From NCBI RefSeq assembly GCF_004010195.1, contig NC_057719.1, forward strand, positions 29,978,423 through 30,042,422: a stretch of DNA of 64,000 nucleotides. Direction: 5' to 3'. Both the position numbers and the translations under genes were made by a program. The notes under the pieces were generated by a model, which was given only the letters and a program-made list of their open reading frames with translations, was not told the origin of the DNA and ran no database searches. Every line of letters starts with the position of its first letter. The first letter of the stretch is position 1. The stretch comes from Chiloscyllium plagiosum (taxonomy: Eukaryota). Below, in pieces: positions 1-12,979 of this stretch.

Positions 1-730
1 AAACTTGCACAGTCTGGCCATTAAAAACCGAATGTTCCAGTATCTTCTGCCAGATGGCAGAAGGGTGAAGAGTTTGAGTGAGGGGTGTGTGCAATCTTCC
101 ACAATGCTGTTAGCCTTGTAATGGAGGGAAGAGAGACCCCAATGATCCTCTCAGCCGTCCTCACTATCCATTCTAAGGTCTTACAATCTGAGACAGTGCA
201 ATTCCCGAACCAGGCAGTGATGCAGCAGCTCAGGATACTCTCAATGAACTCTCTGTAGAATATGGTAAGGATGGGGGGAGGGAGGTGGGCTTTCCTCAGC
301 CTGTGCAGAAAGTAGAGATGCTGCTGGGCTTTCTTGGCTATGGATCTAGGTGAGATTCTCCACCAGGTGTACGTCAAGAAATTTTGTGCTCTTCACGATC
401 GCCATAGGGGAGCATTAATGTCCAGCGGAGAATGGTTGCTCCATGTCGCCCTGAAGTCAACAACCGATTCTTACATTTTGTCCACATTCAGAGAAAGGTG
501 TTGACTCTGCACCAGTCTGTTAGCTGCTGCACCTCTGTATGCTGACTCGTCATTCCTGCTAATGAGACCCACTGCAGTCGTGTCATCAGTGAACTTAACA
601 ATATGATTTGCTGCACAGTCATATGTCAGCAGGGTGAACAGTAGTGGACTGAGCACACAACCCTGAAGGTACCCATGCTCAGTGTGATCGAATTGAAGAT
701 GCCGTACTCAATCTAGACTGAGGTCTTCCA
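1..730 (-). mobile_element. Rex1/Babar-type LINE RT fragment (degenerate)
   Basis: Minus-strand ORFs contain LSPLLFTLLTYDC...IVKFTDDTTAVGLISRNDESAYR and [15 protein letters not shown]...ESILSCCITAWFGNC, typical Rex1/Babar RT motifs; frameshifted. Confidence 0.85.
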
Positions 731-3337
731 GTCAAGAATTCAAGTTAAATTCATAATTTAAATTGCAAATACGGAGAATAGGAGTTCCCAACTGCCTCCC
801 TGAAAATTGTAATATTTTTGCTAAAAGGAAGAAGATTGGGCTGGCCACTCCTGTCTCATTGCCCTGCCCCAAATGCTCGTACTGCTGATGCATGGTTCAA
901 GTCAAATATAAATGGCAACTGCCCAGCAGTTATGGGGTCATGACAGATTCGTGAACTAAATAAATACGAAGCAATGTATGCAGAGACTACATAAAATTGA
1001 CTTCTATTCCTTTCAGCAAAAGTGATTGAGGTATGATTTAATCAAAGTGGTTAAATTATTAGAAGGATTTGACTGTGGACATAAGGAGAATCTTTGTGGA
1101 AAAAAGGATACACATCTAAAATGTGATCCAGGTCATTCAGGAGCAAAATTTAGAAGCATTTATTTTCTGTATATAATGTTTAGCGCATGTTTGGTGCACT
1201 TCTTCACAGATCTGTGGTTTCTGGGTCAACTGAAGCATTAGAGGCTCAGATATTTCAAATTTCTTTGCTGTAACAAACCTTTGCTGGATCAAAGGTGCAG
1301 AATGGTTATTGAGATGTGAGCCATTACCAAACCTTTGGTTGGAATGCTATCTGAAGCTTGCTTGACTTGAATCATTGAATGGCACAGCACAGAAGGGAGC
1401 TGTACTGTTTTGATTGAGGCCCTCAGGTAATTACACATTCATGCTTTTTCCTTAGAGCCCTGTAAAATTTTATCTTTAAAGTATTTATCCAATGCCGTTC
1501 TGAAAGGTACTGCTTGGGGAGATTCAAAATCTGTGTGGAGCTGTTCATCCAATCAGAGATGGCACCTTCCCATGCTTGCTGTTGTAAAGTTCACAGACAA
1601 GTAACCTGTGAATGGGCAAACAGCGAGAAGGTGAGTAGCAGCCATGAGCTAGTCTCAGGGATGCTGGAGCTGGAGCTCAAGCCTGAGGAAGAGCGACTGG
1701 AGCCAGAAGGAGGGAGGCCAAAGCTGGTAAGAGAAGCAGGATGGCCTAATCCAAGAGGCAGATGATGATTCACCTGAGGAAGATAGGGCCTGTATAGTGT
1801 GATTTGTTGTGGGCCCCATATCCATTACAGATGGCCTAGATAGAAACATTTGCAGTATTCTGATTTATATATTAAAAAATATTTATTCTTAAATACCACA
1901 CAATCTTTCTGAATGTTGTGATCAAGAAGATAATGAAGTTGAAAGGAATATTGTGTCACAATGTGTCCCAAATATTGCCTTGGCTTTTGAAAGAGTAATG
2001 AATAGCTCACCTGTCAACTAAATGATGCCATAAAATCAGCATTAAGTAAAATAGTTGCCACCATATTTCTTTAATAAAGAGGTTAATTGGCTAAATACTC
2101 TCTATATAAATATTTGAATTTTAATTCCTAAGTGCATTTCCTTAGTTGAAAAGCAATAAATGCTGAAGTCAGCTTTTGACTGATTAATGCTACACTGAGC
2201 TTGATAAAGAAATAGTTTCTGAGGCTGTTTTCTGCCTGGAATGAATCTATGACTACAGCAAATTGTATATGAGTAATCACTACTGCTGAGTATTGGGATA
2301 ATTCAGCCCTTTAATTTATCCTTTGTTTTTCAAGAATGGGAATCTTATGTCATTTAACATGCCAATTTGCAAACTGCTTCAATTATTTTTAATTTAATTT
2401 GATTAAAAATTAAAACTTTTAGTCATTTCCTGCTGTGTAATTTTACAAATTTCTGTACTTAAGCTACTTTTCACTTCATCTTCCTGATTTTAAATTAATG
2501 ATTGTTGAATGCATAAGTCATTGTAAAAAATATAGAAGGTGGGTTTCTCGATGGTATGAAATCAGAGATTCTGTCATTCATCTGTCATAACTTTATCCTA
2601 ATAATTTGAGGAAAATATCTAGTCCGTTTACAAAAAAATTATACTTTATTTTCCCAGTACACAAGTGGCTTATTGGCTTGGCTTTCTTTATTAATTAATG
2701 GCCTTCTTGCATCTCTAAATAAAATCTAATTTTGCTGTTTATTTTCAATAATATTCAAAATGAAAACATTCATTTTCAGTAATAGAATATGAACCACAGA
2801 CTCCATTTTCATATTATCCTTGCTCTTGTATTACTGTTCCCATTTTTCTTTGCTTCTGGAAAAACAGTGTGAATGTTAATGTTATCCTCTCAGACATACC
2901 TTTGTTTATTGTTTTGCCTAGAATATCTGTATTGAATAAATGTAAACCTGCTGAATAGTGATAATGCATTTTAAGGAGCTGATACATATTATAAAGAGAA
3001 GTTGTTCTTTCTATAAAATTCAATCTGGTAAAACTCTTGAACTAAAATTAATATTTGACTTCTTCATTTTAAAAAAATCGTTCTTAATGATGTGTTTAAG
3101 CTTACAAAAAGGTATAGTATGTGGAGCAGAGAATGTTAGGTCTGTTTTGACAGAAGATTAAGGGTTTCAATTTATTTTATCCATGCAGTTCAGTCTTATC
3201 TTTGTTCATATTATTAATAAGTTATTCCTCCACACAGGTTTAAAATTGAATACTCCAAACATAAAATTAACAGCTATGGTACTTGCTAGTAGTTGAAGAT
3301 ATTTAATATTAAGGTAAAAATAATGTTTATCCTTCCA

Positions 3338-3643
3338 GGGTGGCTCAGTGGTTAGCACTGCTGCCTCACAGCATCAGGGACCCAGGTTCAATTCCAACTT
3401 CAGGCGACTGTGTGGAGTTTGCACATTCTCCCTGTGTCTTTGTAGGTTTCCTTCCACAATTCAAAGATGTGCAGGTTAGGTGAATTGGCTATGCTAAATT
3501 TCCCATAGTGTTAATGGATGTGTAGGTTAATCATGGGTAAATATAGGGTAGAGGAATGGGCCTGGGTGGATTACTCTTCAGAGGGTAGGTGTGGACTTGT
3601 TAGGCCAAAGAGCCTGTTTCCACACTGTAGGGATTTTATTCTA
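3338..3643 (+). mobile_element. tRNA-derived SINE, HE1/V-SINE type
   Basis: A box TGGCTCAGTGG (3341-3351), B box GGTTCAATTCC (3385-3395), V-core-like TGTGTGGAGTTTGCACATTCTCCC, and a CR1-like tail (ggccaaagagcctgtttcc). Confidence 0.85.
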
Positions 3644-3789
3644 TGTTTTAACCATTAAGTACTGTACCTTCATTGCTGGAAGTAAACTCCAGACACTGAA
3701 ATGTCAATTTTCTGATGTGGGTGAAATTTAAACTTGACGTGGTTTTCTTGCTCTGTGAAAATAGACTGGAGGCAGAAGGTTTTTTTTAA

Positions 3790-4050
3790 AACATTCATTT
3801 GTGGAATGTAAGCATTGTTGGCTAGGCCAGCATTTGTTTCCTATTCGTAATTTCTCAGTGGTAGTCATGAATCAGCATATGTGGGTCTGGAGTCACATTA
3901 GGATAGATTTGGTAAGGATAGCAGCTTTGCTTCCCTAAAGGACATTTGTGAAACACATGGGCTTTTACAACAATTGGCAGTGTTTATATGGTCACCATTG
4001 GACAAGGTTTTATTTCTTTTTATTTTAGTTTTCACCATCTACCATTTAAG
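3790..4050 (-). mobile_element. SINE, second family (core ggttcactaatgtcctttagggaagg), degenerate
   Basis: Shares ggctaggccagcattt and cttccctaaaggacatt.gtgaa with the copies at ~6075-6550, 12620-12915, 31540-31750 and 39345-39680. Confidence 0.7.
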
Positions 4051-4371
4051 AGATTCAAGTCCTTAATTTGCAAGGGGGCCAATTAAACCAAATTAATTTG
4101 CCAATTAATAGCTACTTTGAGTGAAATACCATGTGAGTATTTTACTGGCACAGAATTGGCTCCTACCACTTGGGATTCCACCAGATAAGGGGTGGTGGCT
4201 GCTCATCAGGTTCTTAGATGAGGCCTTCCTCTCTGGCTAATCCATAGCTCATGGAAGGTCTCTGCAGTGGTATTTGCCAGGCCCATGGATTTGACAATGA
4301 GAGTTGATGATTCACCCTTCCATTTACTGGGACTTGCCTACCTGACCATAGTGTATTAAATTAAAACTTAT

Positions 4372-4637
4372 TCAGATTTTAGATTAGATTCCCTACAGTG
4401 TGGAAACAGGCCTTTCGGCCCAACCAGTCCACACCGACCCTCTGAAAAGTAACCCACCCAGACCCATCTCGCTCTGACTAATGCACCTAACACTATGGGC
4501 AATTTAGCATGGCAAACGCACACAGACACGGGGAAAATGTGCAAACTCCACACAGACAATTGCCCAAGGCTAGAATGGAACCTGGGACCCTGATGCTGTG
4601 AGGCAGCAGTGCTAATCACTGAGCCACCGTGCCACCC
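4372..4637 (-). mobile_element. tRNA-derived SINE, HE1/V-SINE type
   Basis: Reverse complement of the same family as 3338-3643 (gcaaactccacacag core; gcagcagtgctaatcactgagccacc head). Confidence 0.85.
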
Positions 4638-4954
4638 ACAATCTGTTCTTCTGAAGTGCCTTGACTTGGTACCTCTTTCTTTCGCCTCCTCAATAGTTAA
4701 AATTAGCTACACAGCTAAGCTGGCAAATCTCTGATTGGAAGGGAAGCTCTGAATGGTGAGGTGTCTCCCTCAAGCAGGTAGTGGTACAAGCGACACTTTA
4801 CTAATGGGTAATATCCCGCCTACGAGCCCAGTTATCCATCTGCATAGGTTCTCTACCCAATTTCAGTTTTGACAGCAGAACAGCCAGCTTGGGATTTTGG
4901 AAAAATTCTGCTGATGAGTTCAACCTGAGTTGTAAACAGGCTCTGATGAAATGT

Positions 4955-5179
4955 TAAATAAAAACCAAAAGAACTGGAGATGCTGTAAATCAGAAATAAA
5001 AAACAAGAAGTTGCTGAAAATGTTCAGCAGGTCTGGCAGCATCAGTGAAGAGAAATCAGAATTAATGTTTTGGGTCTTGTTCTGAGGAAGGGTAACCGGG
5101 CCTGAAAAGTTAACTATAATTTCTCTTTACAGATGTTGCCACACCAGCTGAGCTTTTCCTGCAACTTCTGTTTTTTGTT
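4955..5179. mobile_element. Palindromic Penelope-like (PLE) terminal-repeat insertion, degenerate
   Basis: 13-bp TSD tctgatgaaatgt at 4942-4954 and 5180-5192; imperfect inverted arms; decayed hammerhead-like CTGAGGA-AGGGT...GCCT-GAAAAGTT starting at 5082. Confidence 0.7.
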
Positions 5180-6074
5180 TCTGATGAAATGTGCTATTTT
5201 CCTAAAATTAATTCATTTGTGTTGCTACAAATGTAGATTTGAACTTGTATAGAAAGTATATGAAAGGTGGAAGTGTAAAATTATACATAAAGTCAAATTT
5301 TAAAAATTGGAGTTTGGAAAGACATGAAGACATGAAACAAAAAATAGCTTTTGTGAAAGGTGAGAGGAGAAAGGTTCAAAAGGTAATATGAGGATCAGGA
5401 ATGAATTTGCCAGTAATCTCTTGTTTGACTGATACAACAGTGATGATGCTACTAATGTGGTCATGTAAGCGATGATTTTTGCCATTCATTGATGCTGTTC
5501 TGGAGGAGGAGGAATAACCTAGGCCTGAAGAACTTTGACCTCTCTTCAGGTGCCCCATCCCCTCTGAAGGAAGTGCCATTGCAAACAGACAAGTTCCCAG
5601 GGATTGACTGTTCAGGATATTCCCAAGATACCCTCCCATACCACCTTGCACCTATCTCCCAGAAGGCCCTAGACCACCAGATATTATTGCCACTTTTAGT
5701 AAGTGGCTATCTCAAGCTCAGCTCTGGTTTTCAAGGTAACAGAAACGTAGCAGTGGGAACAAAAAGATTAAACAACATTGAAGTTGCCCTGGCTGCGTGG
5801 ATGTTAACTTATGACGATCTGACACTTGATACAAATTTATCAAATTGTACAACAGTGTTATGGTCTCTTTCAGTTTATTAAGACTTCTGACTATTTGTTT
5901 CCTGTGTGGTCGAACTTGAGGGCACAGGTTATTGTACACATTCACATCATGCAAAAAGTAATTCTTGCTGTCCATGGGGAGGAATGTAATCTCTGGAAAA
6001 TGGGAACTGAAGCTAAATGTCTGGGATTAAGGACATAATTGGCAAAGTTTTGCCACCCTACATCTCTTAGTAAA

Positions 6075-6550
6075 GGCTAGGCAATGGCCTAATGGTATTA
6101 TCGCTGGACTGTTTGTCCAGAGACAAAAGGTGTGGTGCAGGAAAAGCACAGCCGGTCAGGCAGAATCCGAGGAGCAGGAGAATTGACATTTGAGCATAAA
6201 ACCTTCAACAGGAATGTTAATCCAGAGACCTCAGCGATGTTTTGTGGACCCATGTTCAAATCCTGCCACAGCAAATGGTGGTATTTGAATTCAATACATT
6301 GGATTGGATTCCAGATCCAATATCTGGAATTAACAGTCTAAGGATGACCATGAATCATTGTTGATTGTCAGAAAAAAACCAACTGGTTCACTAATGTCCT
6401 TTAGGGAAGGAAGTTGCCATTCTTACCTGGTCTGGACTAAATGTGACTCCTGACTCTCAACAATGTGGCTGACTCATGCCCTCTAGGCCATTACAGATGG
6501 GCATTAAATGCTGGCCTAGCCAGTGATGCTTTCATCCTGGTAAGTAAAAA
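6075..6550 (+). mobile_element. SINE, second family, interrupted by a PLE fragment at ~6125-6215
   Basis: tRNA-like head (ggcaatggcctaatggtattatcgctggact ... tgttcaaatcc) and core ctggttcactaatgtcctttagggaagg. The nested insert is flanked by an imperfect duplication gtt(tg/aa)tccagagac at 6111-6124 and 6216-6229. Confidence 0.75.
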
Positions 6551-6601
6551 AAACTCTAAGTACAATTCCCCCTTGTAACACTGAATATCTCCAAACTGAT
6601 G

Positions 6602-7180
6602 ATCAGGAGCTAAATGGATTTGAGGGTTCACCGATACTCTGTACAGGAAAAGGGTACAGTTGTCTCGAGCACCATGGAGCCAGAGAGCCACGGTGCCTGA
6701 TACTTGGGATTTGTAGCCATTGCTGTTCCCTCAGGTACAAGTAGTACTGAAAAGTAGAAACTAAGCATTTTCCCTTGAGGGTTGAATGTCTCTGCACCAT
6801 GATTAGTTCACAGATCTGATTGCTAAACATATGTTAATGCAGTCATTTTCCTCAAATCCAGCTACTACCAGACTCTCTGAGGCCTGTGTGTCTCATTTTC
6901 AGTACTGTCCTGGCTTCTTCAGCATCCTCATTAACAGCATTGATTCCCTCAGTAACTCCATGAAATTTTCTTCTTCTGGACACGAAGGGAGTGACATACT
7001 TTCCTGCCCAGGAATCTGGCTGAGTGCAGTCAATGGTTCCTTGTACCTGAGGGAACAGCAATGGCTACAAATCTCAAGTATCAGGCACCATGGCTCTCTG
7101 GCTCCATGGTGCACGAGACAAACGGTACCCTTTTCCTGTACAGAGTATCGGTGAACCCTCAAATCCATTTAGGTCCTGAT
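6602..7180. repeat. Long inverted repeat (arms 6602-6741 and 7040-7180)
   Basis: 140/141-nt arms differing by about 5 substitutions and 1 indel by eye, with a ~300-nt spacer. The shared peptide YLREQQWLQI.SIRH.GSLAPWC appears on opposite strands in the ORF track. Confidence 0.9.
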
Positions 7181-7191
7181 TGGGAGATGCC

Positions 7192-10100
7192 ACAGAGTCA
7201 TAGAAATGTATAGCACAGACATAGACTCTTTGGTCTGACTCGTCCATGCCAACCAAATATCCCAACCCAATCAGATCCCACCTGCCAGCACCCGGCCCAT
7301 ATCCCTCCAAACTCTTCCTATTCATATACTATCCAGATGGCTTTTAAATGTTGCAATTGTACTAGCATCCACCACTTCCTCTGGCAGCTCATTCCATACA
7401 CGTACCACTCTCTGCAAGAAAGTGCCCTTCTGCCCCTTACGTCTCTTTTATATCTTTCCCCTCTCATGATAAACCTGTGCCCTCTAGTTCTGGACACCCC
7501 CACCCCAGGGAAAAGACTTTGTCAATTTATCCTATCCATGCCCCATGATTTTATAAACTTCCAAAAGGTCACCCCTCAGCCTCCGACGCTCCAGGGAAAA
7601 CAGCACCAGCTTATTCAACCTCTCCCTGTAGCTCAAATCCTCCAACCCTGGCACATCCTTGTAAATCTTTTCTGAAAACCCTTTCAAGTTTACAACATTC
7701 TTCCGTTAAGAAGGAGACCGGAATTGCATGCAATATTCCAACAGTGGCCTATCCAATGTCCTGTACAGCTGCAACATGACCTCCCAACTGCTGTACGCAA
7801 TACTCTGACCAATAAAGGAAAACATACCAAACGCCACCTTCACTATCCTATCTATCTGTGACTCCACTTTCAAGGAGCGATGAACTGCACTACAAGGTCT
7901 CTTTGTTTAGCAACACTCCCTAAGATCTTACCATTCGGTGTATAAATACTGTTCTGATTTGCCTTTTCAAAATGCAGCACCCCCCATTTATCTAAATCAA
8001 ACTCCATCTGCCACTTCTCAGCCCATTGGCTCATGTGATCAAGATCCTGTTGTAATCTGAGGTAACCTTCGCTGTCCACTATACCTCCAATTTTGGTATC
8101 ATCTGCAAACTTATTAACTATACCTGTTATGCTCGCATCCAAATCATTTATATAAATGACAAAAAGTAGTGGACCCAGCACCGATCCTTGTGGCATTCCA
8201 CTGGTCACAGGCCTCCAGTTTGAAAAACAACCCTCCACCACCACTCTCTGTCTTCTACCTTTGAGCTAGTTCTGTATCCAAATGGCTAGTTCTCCCAGCA
8301 TTCTGTGAGATCTAACCTTGCTAATCCGTCTCCCATGGGGAACCTTGTCGAGTGTCTTAATGAAGTTGACATGGATCACGTCCACCACTCTGCCTTCATC
8401 AATCCTCTTTGTAACTTCTTCAAAAACTCAATCAAGTTTATGAGACATGATTTCCCATGCAAAAAGCCATGTTGACTATCCCTAATCAGTCCTTGCCTTT
8501 TCAAATACATGTACATTCTGTCCCTCAGGATTCCTTCCAACAACTTGCCCACCACCGATGTCAAGCTCACTGGTCTATAGTTCCCTGGCTTGTCCTTACC
8601 ACCCTTCTTAAACAGTGGGACCACGTTAGCCAACCTCCAGTCTTCCGGCACCTCATCTGTGACTATCGATGATACAAATATCTCAGCAAGAGGCCCAGCA
8701 ATCACTTCTCTAGCTTCCCACAGAGTTCTCGGGTACGCCTGATCAGGTCCTGGGGACTTATCCACCTTTATGTGTTTCAAGATATCCAGCGCTTCCTCCT
8801 CTGTAATATGGACAATTTTCAAGATGTCACCATCTGTTTCCCTCCATTCTATTTCTTCCATGTCCTTCTCCAAAATAAACACTGATGCAAAATACTTGTT
8901 TAGTATCTCCCCCATCTCCTGCGACTCCACACAAAGGCTGCCTTGCTGATCTTTGAGAGGGGAAAAAGTGAGGACTGCAGATGTTGGAGATCAGAGGTGA
9001 AAATGTGTTGCTGGAAAAGCGCAGCAGGTCAGGCAGCATCCAAGGAACAGGAGAATCAACGTTTCGGGCATAAACCCGATCTTTGAGATCTTTGATCCTT
9101 GAGAGGCCCTATTCTCTCCTTAGTTACCCTTTTGTCCTTAATGTATTTGTAAATCTCTTTGGATTCTCCTTAACTCTGTTTGCCAAAGCTATCTCATGTC
9201 CCCTTTTTGCCCTCCTGATTTCCCTCTTAAGTATACTCCTACTGCCTTTATACGCTTCTAAGGATTCACTCAATCTATCCTGTCAATACCTTACATATGC
9301 TTCCTTCTTTTTCTTAACCAAACCCTCAATTTCTTTAGTCATCCAGCATTCCATACACCTACCAGCCTTTCCTTTCACCCTAACAAGAATACTCTTTCTC
9401 TGGATTCTCATTATCTCATTTCTGAGGGCTTCCCATTTTCCAGCTGTCCTTTTACCAGTGAGCATCTCCCCCTGATCAACTTTCGAAAGTTCTTGCCTAA
9501 CACTGTCAAAATTTGCCTTCCTCCAATTTAGAACTTCAACTTTTACATCCGGTCTATCCTTTTCCATCACGATTTTAAAACTGATTGAATTATGGTTGCT
9601 GTCTGAAAGTGACACCTCAGTCACCTGCCCTGCCTTATTTCCCAAGAGTAGGTCAAGTTTTGCACCTTCTCTAATAGGTACATCCACATACTGAGTCAGG
9701 AAATTTTCTTGTACACACTTAACAAATTCCTCTCCATCTAAACCCTTAACACTATGGCAGTCCCAGTCTATGTTTGGAAAGTTAAAATCCCCTACCATAA
9801 CCACCCTATTATACTTAGAGATTGCTGAGATCTCCTTACAAATTTCTCAATTTCCCTCTGACTATTAGGGGGTCTATAAATACAATTCCAATAAGGTGAT
9901 CATCCCTTTCTTATTTCTCAGTTCCACCCAAATAACTTCTCTGGATGTATTTCCAGGAATATCCTCCCTCAGTACAGCTGTAATGCTATCCCTTATCAAA
10001 AACCCCACTCCCCCTCTTCTCTTGCCTCCCTTTTTGTCCTTCCTCTTAACATTTGTCTTATGGAACATTAAGCTGCCAGTCCTGTCCATTCCTGAGCCAT

Positions 10101-10260
10101 GTTTCTGTAATTGCTGTGATATCCCAATCCCATATTCCTAACCACGCCCTGAGTTCATCTGCCTTCCCTGTTAGGCCCCTTGCATTTAAATAAATGCAGT
10201 TTAATTTATTCGTCCTACTTTGTTCTCTGCTTTGTCCCTGCCTGCCCTGACTGATTCACT
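7192..10260 (-). mobile_element. CR1 LINE, near-complete decayed ORF2 (APE endonuclease + RT) and 3' UTR
   Basis: Motifs [43 protein letters not shown] and KFADDTK; (ctatgact) tail at 7193; several stops and frameshifts. Confidence 0.95.
8961..9077 (-). mobile_element. PLE terminal-repeat fragment nested in CR1
   Basis: Same sequence family as 35646-35863; target gatctttgaga duplicated at 8948-8958 and 9078-9088. Confidence 0.85.
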
Positions 10261-12218
10261 TTTAGTCTGAAAGGACCCAATGGTGACGATTTTCAATGTT
10301 GTTATCATCTTCAGCTTCCTTTTGAGCTCCCTGGTTGCAGAAGGTGGCGGATGTAGGTGCTGGCATCCCTAGTCATGAGAAGAAGTCTCCAGCATTCTCT
10401 TTCATTCATAGCAACACCTTCAGTATCTCTCTCTCTGTACACTGTTTATTAGAACTGAAGACTCTAGTGTCCCTCTTCTGATGCTGCTCATTAATCCACA
10501 GCTGCAGTCCCTGAGCCTTAGATCTCTGATTCTGTTTGCACTAGATATTACTGCTGCTCCTCTTCAACCTCTCCTCAGCATTGCTAGTATAGCTGCTGAG
10601 TTAAGTTGGCCAAGCATCTGACACAGAACTATTGATGTGTTAAAATTGTTTGCTATTCATTTCAGATGTTGGAAACTTCCCCTTTGGGCCTATATCAGGT
10701 TGCTCGTGTGTTGGGTGAAAACCATCCACCACCTCATGGAAGGGTACTTCCTCCATGGGCTATGACTAGTTTGCCCCTTCCTCACTCTTACATGTGCAAG
10801 ATGGTTATAGCCTTGATCTTTCTGTTTGTCGTATGAACGGAAATCTATCTTACTCTTGGTGACCTTCATTATCTCCTGTTATATAGCCATACAACTTTTG
10901 AAATATCCAGTTCACATAATGGTTTTGTTCCCATGTCCCTAACTTTCAGAAACCAGAGCCTGAGAATACTTCTGCCTGGCTCTCTGTGGAATATCCCTGC
11001 CCCAACACCATTACCACTGTTAATGAATCTTAGATGCCCTTTTCTCAGAATTACTTGAATCATAGGACATGGTTGGGACAATGCTGTAAGGAGTTGATGG
11101 ATCTTATTCACCTTTTATTTTGCAGTGAGACAGTACAGTTCCCTCCAGCACTAAGCCCTTAACTGAGTGCTTGCACGATAGTACTTTTCAATTTCGATTT
11201 TGATTCCCCTAGCTGTGCAAACAGGTCTTGGGTGGCCTTCTATTTGTACTGCACATTCTCAGCAAGGGTTTCTTTTGCAAGGCAATTTAGGTGAGAGGTG
11301 GTGGTCAGCAATTTTTAATTCTATTTGTTCATCTGTGATCCTCACCTCTATGCTACACTTTTCTTCCATCACTGCAGATGGCCTTCTCCTTTCGTCTGGC
11401 ATCCCCTTTGTCCTTAAATCTCCCCATTTTACTATTACCTTTGATATCCCTGATCTTCCCCCATCCATCTCATTCCCATTCAGAACCTCATGCCCAACTT
11501 TAGCTTCACACTGCTCCTTATTCAATTTGTTTGCTCTTTCTACCTCCTGAAACATATAATTATTCCATTCTGCTGTCTACCCTAAATATGCAGCAACCAT
11601 CTTCCTTGATGCCTTTGTCCCTACCACTATGATTGCATTCTGCACCCAGTTTCTTCCCTGCATTCTCCAGGATTATTCCAGAGTTAGCAACAACCATACC
11701 CTTTTCAGTTTCATTCCTGCCATTCCTTCGACCTAACCTCCATCTCCGTCTGAGACTTTTGAATTGAGCCCCGTTTGCTTGGCCTGGTTAGGCTTTGTCA
11801 TGTCATTTAGTGTGGCTTCCTCCTTGGGCAATCTTGTTAACCCAGTCAGGCTTCACCCTTACACCATACATGTTTAATAACAACAAGCAAGACTGCTCAT
11901 GACTGATTCTTCTCATGAGCTGATTGACTTGATGAGGCTTTGTTCATTACACTATAAATATTTTCTTCATTATGAAGGAGCAAAGTTAATGAAAAAGTTT
12001 ATACTCATTGGAGTTTAGAGGGAGACGTTCCCTCTGCCCCTCCCCAGCCAGGTATACACCTCAAACATGTAGATGCGTTTGTGAAAATGCACATTACCCA
12101 TTTTACTGCCTCAAGAGGGCGCCAGTGAACCTATTTCCTGTGGTCTGTGCTGTTAATGTGTATTCAAAGCATGCTAATAAATACAAAACAGGTTTCGAAC
12201 TGCCTGAAAGATTCTGAG

Positions 12219-12313
12219 TTAAAAATCACACAACACTAGGTTATAGTCCAACAGGTTTGTTGTGTGATTTTTAACTTTGTACACCTCAGTCCAACACCGG
12301 CATCTCCAAATCA
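12219..12313. mobile_element. Short palindromic PLE-derived insertion (second PLE family)
   Basis: 13-bp TSD gaaagattctgag at 12206-12218 and 12314-12326; inverted aaaaatcacacaaca / tgttgtgtgattttt; related to 56497-56705. Confidence 0.75.
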
Positions 12314-12619
12314 GAAAGATTCTGAGATCTTCATAGCAAAACTTTAACTTGCTGTTTGGAAACTGATTTTTTGCCGCCCATCCAATAAATTCCCTGTGCA
12401 ACCTCTAAAATCTCTGATGGATCATGAAGATTTTACCTTCTGTCTCAATATTTTGTTTCCTGGGTATATATCCTGACCACAATTGGTTCCAATTTCTTTG
12501 AAAAAAATATAACAATGCCAACAGTTTGCAAAAGAAGGCCTTTGATAAAGATTTGTATTATTGTTAGGAAATGTTATATTCTAGGATAGAGATAAATGGA
12601 TTTGATGGGTTAGTTTTGT

Positions 12620-12915
12620 TCATCTGTGAGATGAGGACATCACTGGCTAGGCCAGCATTTATTACCCTTCCCTGATAGCCCAGAGGGTCAGTGAATCAGG
12701 TGGATTTTCCCAACAATCGATAATGGTTTCATGGTTGTCATTAGACTCTCTAAATCCAGACTTTTTTTGAGTTCACATTCCACGATCTACTGTGGTGGGA
12801 TTTGAACTCCGGTTCCCAGAATATTATTTAGGTCTCTGGATTAACAGTCCCATAATAATTATTTAGGTCTCTGGATTAACAGTCCCATAATAATACCACT
12901 AGGCCGTCACCTCCC
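12620..12915 (-). mobile_element. SINE, second family, with internal 35-bp tandem duplication
   Basis: ggctaggccagcattt tail and gggatttgaac B-box complement; exact duplication at 12825-12859 / 12860-12894. Confidence 0.75.
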
Positions 12916-12979
12916 CTAAAAGCTTTTAGATCTGAGGGTGAATTTTTTTTTTTAAAAGTTCAGAAAGTCACCTTAACTG

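Noticed and set aside
1514..1765. Glu/Pro-rich ORF as an RTN1-A exon
   Set aside because: No recognisable similarity to reticulon N-terminal regions and no convincing splice sites.
3338..3410. tRNA gene
   Set aside because: The A and B boxes run directly into a SINE core and LINE-like tail; no complete cloverleaf is evident.
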